The notes under the pieces: model-generated
The model's input: the letters and a program-made list of their open reading frames with translations, nothing else
Told to the model about the DNA's origin: nothing
Databases searched by the model: none
Assembly: GCA_963677595.1 (NCBI GenBank)
Contig: OY782041.1
Coordinates: 3,232,001 to 3,296,000, forward strand
Source of the DNA: Spirochaetia bacterium
Lineage (GTDB): Bacteria; Spirochaetota; Spirochaetia; CAKZLE01
Reading direction: 5' to 3'
Length of the DNA stretch: 64,000 nt
Made by a program: the position numbers and the translations under genes
Shown: piece by piece, positions 56,339 to 64,000 of the stretch
Numbering within the stretch: position 1 is the first letter of the stretch
Layout: the number at the start of each line of letters is the position of its first letter

Positions 56339-57451
56339 TCACAAGGCCTTCTCGTAGATCCGGTAGCTCTTCGTCTGCTCGAGTTCCAGCTTCTCGAGGG
56401 CGTTGCGGATGTTCCAGTTGTCCTCGAGGATGTAGTTGGCCTCCAGGAGGATTTTCCTCGGTGCGAGTGCGTCATAGAGTGCCTTGTAGAGCAGGACATC
56501 GAGCCCCATCCCGTGGTACTCGGGCAGGACGGCCAGGGAGAGGAGGCGGTAGCGCTTGAGGTTCTCCCTGCCTGCGGTGAACCTGAGGAAGCCGAAGGGG
56601 AAGAGCTTCCCCTTGATCTTCTTGATCAGGGGGTTCGGGTCGGGGAACCCGAGGGCGAAGCCGACCGGCCTCCCGTAATCCTCGACGAACCAGACCGCTT
56701 CCGGGTCGAAGATCGGTTTCAGCCGGTGCACCATGTCGACCATGACATCCTCTTCGACCGGGACATAGCCCCAGTTGTCAGCAAGGGCGGTGTTCGTGAT
56801 GTGCCAGATGAACTCGGCATCCCGCATGAGGTTGCCGAAACTGAACCGGCGCAGGGTGAGCTCGGGGTGCTTCTTCAGCAGGAGTTCAGTGAACCTGGTG
56901 ATACGTTCAGGCAACTGGTATTCGACAGCATCCGCTTCATAGGCGTAGAGGTCCTTCACCTTCTCCAGCCCGAAGGCCAGCATCTGTGCATGGTAGTAGG
57001 GCGGGTTGTAGGGTGCCATGAGGACAGGCAGGGAATCATAGCCCTCCAGCAGAAAGCCCCAGCTCTCGGCGATGGGATGGATCGGTCCCCTGATACGGTC
57101 GACTCCCTGCCCGGTGAGCCAGTCAGCCGCCGCCTGAAGCAGCATCGCCGCAGCCTTACGGTCATCGATCGCCTCATAGGCCCCGAAGAACCCGATGCTG
57201 CTTCCTGTATGGTTATTGTATGCGTGATCAACGTAGGCGATAACACGCCCTATGCAGCTTCCCCCATCATCGAGCAGGATGAAGAGCTGGTGTGGATTGT
57301 CGCGGAGCATGACGTTCTGCTCCGCGTCATAGGCCTTCTTCTCCTCATGCCAGAGGGGAGGGACCCAGTTGGGGTACTCCCGGTAGATCGTTCTCGGCAG
57401 GGATACGAACATGCGCATCTCCTCGGAGGAGGCCACCTGACGAATCTCCAT
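56339..57451 (-). CDS. GNAT-fold protein (tandem GNAT, YghO-like)
   Basis: PNWVPPL, GFFGAYE, PYNPPYY, VLPEYHGMG, ILEDN. Confidence 0.75.
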   Translation of the reverse strand: MEIRQVASSEEMRMFVSLPRTIYREYPNWVPPLWHEEKKAYDAEQNVMLRDNPHQLFILLDDGGSCIGRVIAYVDHAYNNHTGSSIGFFGAYEAIDDRKAAAMLLQAAADWLTGQGVDRIRGPIHPIAESWGFLLEGYDSLPVLMAPYNPPYYHAQMLAFGLEKVKDLYAYEADAVEYQLPERITRFTELLLKKHPELTLRRFSFGNLMRDAEFIWHITNTALADNWGYVPVEEDVMVDMVHRLKPIFDPEAVWFVEDYGRPVGFALGFPDPNPLIKKIKGKLFPFGFLRFTAGRENLKRYRLLSLAVLPEYHGMGLDVLLYKALYDALAPRKILLEANYILEDNWNIRNALEKLELEQTKSYRIYEKAL

Positions 57452-57567
57452 ACATTACTATACCATAAAAACGGACAGTATGTGCAACATATTCTCATAC
57501 CGCGAATTATGGAAGTTTCTCCCCTGTCCCTCTTGCCTTGTTCAGGGTTTTCCCTGAGAATGGGGGA

Positions 57568-58605
57568 ATGAGAGAAATTGGGAACATCCTGGTGACCGGA
57601 GGCGCCGGCTTCATCGGGGTCAATATGATCGATTATCTCCTGCACGTTAAAGGTTTCTCCGGCAATGTGGTGAACCTCGATGCGCTCACCTATGCCGGGA
57701 ACCTCTGCAACCTCGAGGGGACGTCTGAAGCCTACCCTGACCGGTACCGGTTCTATGCAGGGAACATCTGCGACCGGGAACTCGTGGAGGGGATCCTGCG
57801 GGACCACCGGATCGACACCGTCATCCACCTGGCAGCTGAGTCCCATGTCGACCGGTCGATCAGTGGTCCCGGGGCCTTCATCGAGACCAACATCACCGGG
57901 ACCTTCACCCTCCTCGAGGCTGCCAGGGCCTGCTGGGAGGGGCGGGAGGACGTTCGCTTCCACCATGTGAGCACCGATGAGGTCTTCGGGCCGCTCGAGG
58001 GGGAGGGGCTCTTCAGAGAGGGGTCCCCCTACGATCCGAGGAGTCCCTATGCCGCTTCGAAGGCCTCGAGTGATCACCTCGTACGGGCATACTCCCATAC
58101 CTACGGGCTTCCTGTGACCATCTCGAACTGCGCCAACAACTACGGGCCGTACCAGTACCCGGAGAAGCTCATTCCGCTCATGGTCAGCCGCCTGCTCAAG
58201 CGGGAGATGCTGCCGGTCTACGGTGACGGGAGGCAGAAGCGGGACTGGCTCCATGTGAACGACCATGCTTCCGCGATCTGGTCGATCCTCACCACCGGCA
58301 CCCCCGGCGAGACCTACCTCGTCGGCGGGCGGAACGAGCTGGAGAACCTTGAACTCATCGACCTGCTGATCAGCATTATCGCAGATGAGACCGGTGCCGA
58401 TGTGACAGAACTGGGGAGGCTCGTCACCCATGTGGAGGATCGCCCCGCCCATGACCGGCGGTATGGGGTCGATCCGCATAAGCTGGAGGAGACACTCGGC
58501 TGGAAAGCTGTAGTCCCCTTCGCCGAGGGGCTGCAGGAGACCGTCCGATGGTATATCGCGCATGAGGACTGGGTACGAAGCGTAACGGTCCGGAGGAGTA
58601 TATGA
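57568..58605 (+). CDS. rfbB: dTDP-glucose 4,6-dehydratase
   Basis: TGGAGFIG, LTYAGN, HLAAESHVDRSI, VSTDEV, YAASK, HDRRY. Confidence 0.95.
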   Translation: MREIGNILVTGGAGFIGVNMIDYLLHVKGFSGNVVNLDALTYAGNLCNLEGTSEAYPDRYRFYAGNICDRELVEGILRDHRIDTVIHLAAESHVDRSISGPGAFIETNITGTFTLLEAARACWEGREDVRFHHVSTDEVFGPLEGEGLFREGSPYDPRSPYAASKASSDHLVRAYSHTYGLPVTISNCANNYGPYQYPEKLIPLMVSRLLKREMLPVYGDGRQKRDWLHVNDHASAIWSILTTGTPGETYLVGGRNELENLELIDLLISIIADETGADVTELGRLVTHVEDRPAHDRRYGVDPHKLEETLGWKAVVPFAEGLQETVRWYIAHEDWVRSVTVRRSI

Positions 58606-59363
58606 TCGCCCTGCTGCTCAGCCTGCTGCTGCTCTGCACGCCGTTCGGGGCAGGGGCAGCACCGACAGGGGACATCCCTGCCGGTTTGGGGGACGGGGTG
58701 CTTCTCACGAGCAGCGAGACCGATGAGGTCCCCAGGCTCTACCATCATGCAAGCCTGCTTAGGGGTAGGATGGGTGAGCTGATCCCGATTGAGGGGGACT
58801 TCTTCATCGAGCAGCTCTCGTTACTGCCGTATCCCGATGGAGCGGGAGCGTCGGAAGAGTTCATGATCCGCCTCTACAATACCCTGCGCTCAGTCTCCAC
58901 CCAGGAGGGGATCACCTATATATCCCACCGGCGGGGAGACCGGGAGGTCGAACTCATCTCCGAAGCCTACGTGGTGGAGCGGTCCGGAAGCAGGAAGGCC
59001 TTAGCTGACCCCCTTGTCACGGAGCTGCCTTCAGTCGATTCCCTCATTGTCTATTCACGGGATACCTCCTTCGGGCGGAACTACTATTCCCATGACTACC
59101 GTACGGACGGGGAGGAGATCCTCCTCGAGATGGTGAACCTGACCGGCCTCAAGGCATTCTGGATCTTCGTAGTCTTACCTCCCCGCAGGCTGACCATGGT
59201 CGTGGACCTCCTGCCGGCAGAGGAGGGCATCATCCTCTATACAGCCGCCTTCGCACCTGACCAGCCGGCTGAGGTGAACCTGCTTGGCTTCACCGTGAAC
59301 CTGACCACCTCATTCGGGAACAGGCTCGATGCCCTGAAGAAATGGCTGGTCGAACGATTATAA
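58602..59363 (+). CDS. DUF6675-like secreted protein
   Basis: 'SVSTQEGITYIS', 'DTSFGRNYY', 'SFGNRLDALKKW'. Confidence 0.6.
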   Translation: MIALLLSLLLLCTPFGAGAAPTGDIPAGLGDGVLLTSSETDEVPRLYHHASLLRGRMGELIPIEGDFFIEQLSLLPYPDGAGASEEFMIRLYNTLRSVSTQEGITYISHRRGDREVELISEAYVVERSGSRKALADPLVTELPSVDSLIVYSRDTSFGRNYYSHDYRTDGEEILLEMVNLTGLKAFWIFVVLPPRRLTMVVDLLPAEEGIILYTAAFAPDQPAEVNLLGFTVNLTTSFGNRLDALKKWLVERL

Positions 59364-59412
59364 TTCCCTGCATGGCATGGTACAATAAGGCGTAGGGGGA
59401 AGGAGGAATGGT

Positions 59413-60465
59413 ATGAGAAGAACGGTGATCCTGATCATGACCCTGCTGCTGGTCTGTACTATCGCCCTTTGGGCTGAGGATGGTACCACACTCTATATCG
59501 AGGGACTCGAATCCCTGGTAGAGGAGGAACCCGGTACCGCTGAGACCTCCTTCTCGACCCTGCTCGACCGCTACCCGTACTCGCCCTATGCCGGACGGGC
59601 CTACGACTACCTCTATGAGATCCAGCATACGGTGGACAACTCCGGCATCGTGCCGTTCTACCTGAGGAACCTCGCCACGACGACCTATACCTCGATGATG
59701 CTGCCGACCCTCCTCGATATCGACGACAGCGCCCTTTCCATGGGGCTCACCGGCCTTGCCGGGGTAGGCCTCGGCCTTGCAGGCTCTGCCTGGATGGCAG
59801 CCGACTACCCGATCACTGCCGGGCTTAGCTGGTGGATCACCACCGCCCAGCTAATCTCCTTCGGGAACTACCTCTACCTCAACGGGATCATCGACCTCGA
59901 TACGCTCGTCGGCCCTGATGCCGCGAACGACATCTTCCTCTCGGGCCAGCTCGTGACCCTCAACGGGTCGCTCTTCGGCTCATACTTCGGACTCCGGGAC
60001 CGTGCTACCTCACAGGGAAAGGGTGCCTTCATCCTCCAGTCCTACCTCTGGGCCAATGCCTACTACTGGCTGGGAGTTCTCATCGCAGACAGCTACGACC
60101 TGCAGACCAACAGCTCCTGGGGGATCGCCGTCACCGACCTCGCGACGATCGGGTCAGGGTTCCTATGGGACTCGATCCGCTGGACGCCGATGCGTTCCGG
60201 GCTCGTGACCGTCGGGGGACTCGGCGGGGCGCTGATCGGCTTCTTCTCTACCATGATCCTCGATGAGTTCCTCACCCTTGATGAACGCGATATAGCCGCG
60301 ATCGCCATGGGAACGACCGCAGCAGGACAGGCCGCAGCGACCTGGCTTACGCGGAACCTCCCAGAGGAGGAGCTCTTCACGACTGCCTTCGCCGATGACC
60401 TCATCCTCTATCCCAGGGTCACCCCGGGAGGGGAGTTCGGGATCGGGCTCATGTGCAGTCTGTAA
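59413..60465 (+). CDS. Hypothetical membrane protein with N-terminal TPR-like segment
   Basis: Signal peptide; 'FSTLLDRYPYSPYA'; Gly-rich hydrophobic helices; GGAGG RBS. Confidence 0.6.
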   Translation: MRRTVILIMTLLLVCTIALWAEDGTTLYIEGLESLVEEEPGTAETSFSTLLDRYPYSPYAGRAYDYLYEIQHTVDNSGIVPFYLRNLATTTYTSMMLPTLLDIDDSALSMGLTGLAGVGLGLAGSAWMAADYPITAGLSWWITTAQLISFGNYLYLNGIIDLDTLVGPDAANDIFLSGQLVTLNGSLFGSYFGLRDRATSQGKGAFILQSYLWANAYYWLGVLIADSYDLQTNSSWGIAVTDLATIGSGFLWDSIRWTPMRSGLVTVGGLGGALIGFFSTMILDEFLTLDERDIAAIAMGTTAAGQAAATWLTRNLPEEELFTTAFADDLILYPRVTPGGEFGIGLMCSL

Positions 60466-60467
60466 AA

Positions 60468-60521
60468 GTTTCATACAAGAAACAAGATTTTATATAAGAA
60501 ACTCTTTACAAAGTTAGAAAC
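60468..60521 (+). promoter_or_regulatory. Candidate IclR operator array
   Basis: GTTTC-N6-GAAAC dyad at 60468-60483; AGAAAC recurs ending at 60483, 60502 and 60521 (19-bp period). Confidence 0.5.
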
Positions 60522-60539
60522 CCATTGTACCATACCGGT

Positions 60540-61316
60540 ATGTATGAATCGAAAGTGCCGGCCCTAGACAAGATGCACAGGATATTCCTGATGCTGATGG
60601 CCCATGAACAGGGGTTCACCCTGACAGAGATCACCAACGAACTCGGACTCTCGAAGGCCACGGTCTTCCGGATGCTCTCCGACCTCTCGGCCCTCGGGTA
60701 TCTCGACTTCCATGGGGCAAGCAACCGCTACTCCCTCGGTCCGCTGCTGATCTCGCTCGGGAACCATGCGAAGAAGCGGATCGACCTGAAGGTCACGGCC
60801 CATCCGTTCCTTACCGAACTCTCACAGAAGGTGCAGGAGACGGTCAAGCTGAGCATCTTCCGGGACGACACGATCTTCGTCATCGACACGGTTGACAGCC
60901 CGAAGCGGATGCGGATCGTCGTGGAACAGGGTGCCTACTTCCCGCCCCATATCGGGGCGGCAGGGAAGCTGCTGCTGGCCCACCAGGAGCTGGAGATTCT
61001 TGATTCATACCTGGGCAGGACGTTAGAGCGGTATACCCCCCATACCATCACCGATCCCGATACATTGCGCAGCGTACTCGAGACGATCAGGGAGACCGGC
61101 ATCTCCCACGACCTCGAGGAGGAGAGCCTCGGCATCAAGGCTGCGGCGGCTCCTGTCCGTAATGAGATCGGGTCGGTCATCGGGGCGGTGAGCGTCCCCT
61201 ACCTGGCACATGTCTATACCCCGGAAGAGGAAGCCGGGCTGGAGAAGGAAATCATTCGCTGCGCGGCAGCGGTCTCATCGGCGATGGGATACAGAGGAGA
61301 GGAAGATAATGGATAA
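60540..61316 (+). CDS. IclR-family regulator (KdgR-like by context)
   Basis: LTEI-x-x-x-LGLSKATVFRML, GAAGKLLLA, YTPHTITD, AAPV. Confidence 0.9.
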   Translation: MYESKVPALDKMHRIFLMLMAHEQGFTLTEITNELGLSKATVFRMLSDLSALGYLDFHGASNRYSLGPLLISLGNHAKKRIDLKVTAHPFLTELSQKVQETVKLSIFRDDTIFVIDTVDSPKRMRIVVEQGAYFPPHIGAAGKLLLAHQELEILDSYLGRTLERYTPHTITDPDTLRSVLETIRETGISHDLEEESLGIKAAAAPVRNEIGSVIGAVSVPYLAHVYTPEEEAGLEKEIIRCAAAVSSAMGYRGEEDNG

Positions 61317-61947
61317 GATATTCGAACAGGTGTCGGCTGCGAAGCTGGTACCGGTGATCAAGCTGACTGACACTGATCAGGTGCCAGGTCTCGCCCAGGC
61401 CCTGATCGCGGCAGGCCTCCCCATTGCGGAGATCACGATGCGTTCCCCGGTCGCACTGGAATGTATCGGGAAGATGGCGAAGGAGTACCCGAAGATGCTC
61501 ATCGGGGCAGGAACGGTCACTACCAAGGAGCAGGCTGATCAGGCCATGGCAGGGGGAGCGCAGTTCATCGTGACCCCGGGCTTCAACCCCACGGTAGTGG
61601 ACTACTGCCTGGGTAAAGGCTACCCGATCATCCCCGGGGTGACCTCCCCGTCACTGATCGAGTGGGCTATGGAGCGTGGGCTTCGCAAGCTCAAGTTCTT
61701 CCCCGCAGAGGTATCGGGAGGGACCGCCTTCCTGAAGAACGTGGCACCGGTCTACCAGGAGGCATCCTTCATGCCCACCGGCGGGATCAACAAGGGGAAC
61801 ATCCGTGACTACCTTGCCCTGCCGAACGTCTACGCCTGCGGCGGAAGCTGGATCGTCAAGGGGAGCCTCCTTGAGGCACACGATTTCGAAGAAGTGCAGA
61901 GACTGACCGAAGAGGCGCTTGCGATCATAGGAGGAACCGATGCGTGA
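61309..61947 (+). CDS. eda: 2-keto-3-deoxy-6-phosphogluconate aldolase
   Basis: EITMR, IGAGTV, FIVTPG, LKFFPA, FMPTGGI, GGSW. Confidence 0.92.
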   Translation: MDKIFEQVSAAKLVPVIKLTDTDQVPGLAQALIAAGLPIAEITMRSPVALECIGKMAKEYPKMLIGAGTVTTKEQADQAMAGGAQFIVTPGFNPTVVDYCLGKGYPIIPGVTSPSLIEWAMERGLRKLKFFPAEVSGGTAFLKNVAPVYQEASFMPTGGINKGNIRDYLALPNVYACGGSWIVKGSLLEAHDFEEVQRLTEEALAIIGGTDA

Positions 61948-62974
61948 TGCGAAGATAGTTACCCTGGGCGAGATCATGCTCCGCCTGAAGTCCCCGGAGA
62001 ACACCCGGCTCTTCCAGACCCCGAACCTGGAAGCGACTTTCGGAGGCGGGGAGGCCAACGTAGCCGTGGCACTCTCCCTCCTCGGGCTTGATGCGACCTT
62101 CGTCACCGCCCTCCCGGACAACGTCCTCGGGGACTCGGCACGGAACGAGGTACGGAAATACGGGGTCGATACCAGCTGCATCGTACGCAGCGGCAGTAGG
62201 CTCGGTGTCTACTACCTCGAGGCAGGAGCCGCACAGCGTCCCTCCAAGGTCGTCTATGACCGTGCAGCCTCGGCGATCGCCGAGGCGACTGCGGAGCAGT
62301 TCGACTGGGAGCGGATCTTTGCGGGAAAACAGTGGTTCCATATAACGGGGATCACACCGGCACTCTCTGCGACCGGGGCTGAACTCTCGCTTTACGCTGT
62401 CAAGAGAGCGAAGGAGGCCGGGCTGACCGTATCCTGCGACCTCAACTACCGTAAGAAGCTCTGGAACTATGGCAAGACTGCCCCTGAGGTGATGGGAGAA
62501 CTCGTGAAGTACGTCGACGTGATCATCGCCAATGAGGAGGACTGCCAGAAGTCCCTCGGGATCACCTCCTCCTCAGATGTGACGAAGGGCGAGCTCTCCG
62601 TCGACCATTACCGGGAGCTGGCCAACAGGGTCCTGGAAGCCTACCCGAACGTACAGAAGATCGCCATCACCCTGCGTGAGTCGATCTCCGCCACCCATAA
62701 CGGCTGGTCAGCCGTGCTTGCCGACCGGGAGAGCTTCCACTCCTCGAGGCAGTACGACATCATGCCGATCATCGATCGTGTCGGGGGAGGGGACTCCTTC
62801 GCAGCCGGCCTCATCTACGGGCTCAACAGCTTCGAGGATGGAGATACAGCCCTCAACTTCGCCGTGGCCACCTCCTGCCTGAAACACAGCATCAGCGGGG
62901 ACATCGCGCTGCTGAGCGCCGACGAGGTGCTGCTCCTCATGAAGGGCGACGGGTCTGGCAGGGTCCAGCGATAA
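61940..62974 (+). CDS. kdgK: 2-keto-3-deoxygluconate kinase (PfkB family)
   Basis: GEIMLRL, GGGEANVA, DLNYRKKLW, DRVGGGDSFAAG; adjacent to eda. Confidence 0.88.
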   Translation: MRDAKIVTLGEIMLRLKSPENTRLFQTPNLEATFGGGEANVAVALSLLGLDATFVTALPDNVLGDSARNEVRKYGVDTSCIVRSGSRLGVYYLEAGAAQRPSKVVYDRAASAIAEATAEQFDWERIFAGKQWFHITGITPALSATGAELSLYAVKRAKEAGLTVSCDLNYRKKLWNYGKTAPEVMGELVKYVDVIIANEEDCQKSLGITSSSDVTKGELSVDHYRELANRVLEAYPNVQKIAITLRESISATHNGWSAVLADRESFHSSRQYDIMPIIDRVGGGDSFAAGLIYGLNSFEDGDTALNFAVATSCLKHSISGDIALLSADEVLLLMKGDGSGRVQR

Positions 62975-63119
62975 CGCCTCATGGGATGCTGATTGTTACT
63001 GCACTGTCAGGATTGTCAGCATTCGGTGAGTGTTTTCAAGGACTGTAAACACAATCCTCATACGATTCTCACATCCAGGTCGTAGATTAGCCTCATCAAA
63101 GACCTGTTTGGGGGACTAT

Positions 63120-63455
63120 ATGAAGAAGTTACTGTTGATCCTGGCATCAGTTGCCATCCTGCTCTCCTGTTCGATCATCCCGATGGATCTGTCGAAGATG
63201 ACGGTAGCGATCGACCAGGAGGTCGCGGCGCTGGATGCTTCATCCCGAATGCTCTTCACCGCTACCCTTGAGGACTGTGATCCTGAGGAGACCCTGCTGG
63301 TCTGGAAGGTGAACGAAACGACTGCAGGCACCGGTGAGCGCTATGAGTTCACGGTGCCTGACGGTCCCGGGACCTATACGCTCTCAGTCACCGCGGTCTA
63401 TGACGGGTTTACGGCTGCGGATATGGTGAGCTTCATCGTGACTGCCGGGGAGTGA
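63120..63455 (+). CDS. Small lipoprotein with one Ig/PKD-like domain
   Basis: Lipobox LLSC; W-x-VN...PGTYTLSVTA. Confidence 0.7.
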   Translation: MKKLLLILASVAILLSCSIIPMDLSKMTVAIDQEVAALDASSRMLFTATLEDCDPEETLLVWKVNETTAGTGERYEFTVPDGPGTYTLSVTAVYDGFTAADMVSFIVTAGE

Positions 63456-63544
63456 AAGCCACCCAGCCTGCTATGGAAAGTCTCCCGACAATGAGGTATA
63501 ACTAGAAGTATCTTTAAGAGTACGTCTGAAGGAGTCTTCTATTC

Positions 63545-64000
63545 ATGAGTATGCCAACGGGTCCCTTCAATATCATAGTAAAGCCCATCGGGTCGGTCTG
63601 CAACCTCAACTGCGAGTACTGCTACTACCTCGAGAAGGCGCAGCTGGTCAATGACCCCGGTGAGATCTCATCGGTCATGACCGACGAGCTGCTCGAGAGC
63701 TTCACCCGCAGCTATATCGAGAGCCAGCCTGCCGGTACGCAGGAGGTGGTCTTCTCCTGGCAGGGAGGGGAGCCGACGATCCTCGGGATCCCCTTCTTCG
63801 AGAAGGCTGTAGCCCTCCAGGAGAAGTATGCCCGAAAGGGGCTGAAGGTCATGAATGCCCTGCAGACCAATGCGACCCTCGTGAAGGACGACCTCGCGAA
63901 GTTCTTCGCAGACCATGAGTTCCTCATCGGGGTGAGCCTCGACGGGCCGGAAGCGATCCATAACCACTACCGGAAGTACCCCGACGGCAGGGGGAGCTTC
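63545..64000 (+). CDS. Anaerobic sulfatase-maturating radical SAM enzyme, truncated by the window end
   Basis: Not in the ORF track. Manual translation: MSMPTGPFNIIVKPIGSVCNLNCEYCYYLEK...WQGGEPT...NALQTNATL...GVSLDGP. Confidence 0.9.
   Translation, partial: MSMPTGPFNIIVKPIGSVCNLNCEYCYYLEKAQLVNDPGEISSVMTDELLESFTRSYIESQPAGTQEVVFSWQGGEPTILGIPFFEKAVALQEKYARKGLKVMNALQTNATLVKDDLAKFFADHEFLIGVSLDGPEAIHNHYRKYPDGRGSF

Noticed and set aside
57250-58563. 437-aa antisense ORF over rfbB, and 56513..57571 over the GNAT-fold gene
   Set aside because: Shadow ORFs from GC-rich codon bias opposite well-supported genes; no motifs or RBS. The same applies to most short overlapping ORFs in the track.
44731-64000. 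Sulfatase and sulfatase maturase as one locus
   Set aside because: Functionally compatible but 17 kb apart with unrelated genes between them; an ordinary trans relationship.

Overview
Bacterial genomic window, most likely from a free-living spirochaete (inferred from the many lipoproteins, the 'AGGVQE'/'AQGSRE'-type solute-binding-protein N-termini and a DUF6675-like gene). (1) 1-13 kb: AT-rich (to ~10.9 kb) surface-lipoprotein locus with an atypical NarL/LuxR regulator, a ~1860-aa FN3/FG-GAP lipoprotein and two paralogous lipoproteins, one ending in a DUF1566/C-type-lectin-like domain. (2) 13-17 kb: orphan RelB, guaD, a degenerate ArsA-like ATPase and a half solute-binding-protein fusion. 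(3) 17.3-21.6 kb: three tandem AAA_14/DUF4143 ATPase-nuclease-like genes, each behind its own phased direct-repeat array. (4) 21.6-46.1 kb: a large uncharacterised amino-sugar/nonulosonate-like catabolic cluster and a sulfatase. (5) 46.2-48.5 kb: an intact 2286-bp ISAs1-family element (18-bp IRs, 10-bp target duplication) carrying an extra upstream ORF. (6) 48.6-64 kb: Fic, GntR-ABC, DMT, GNATs, orphan MNT, Kelch lipoprotein, rfbB, iclR-eda-kdgK and a truncated anaerobic sulfatase maturase. No rRNA, tRNA, CRISPR array or reverse transcriptase was recognised. All family calls come from reading motifs by eye, not from database searches.
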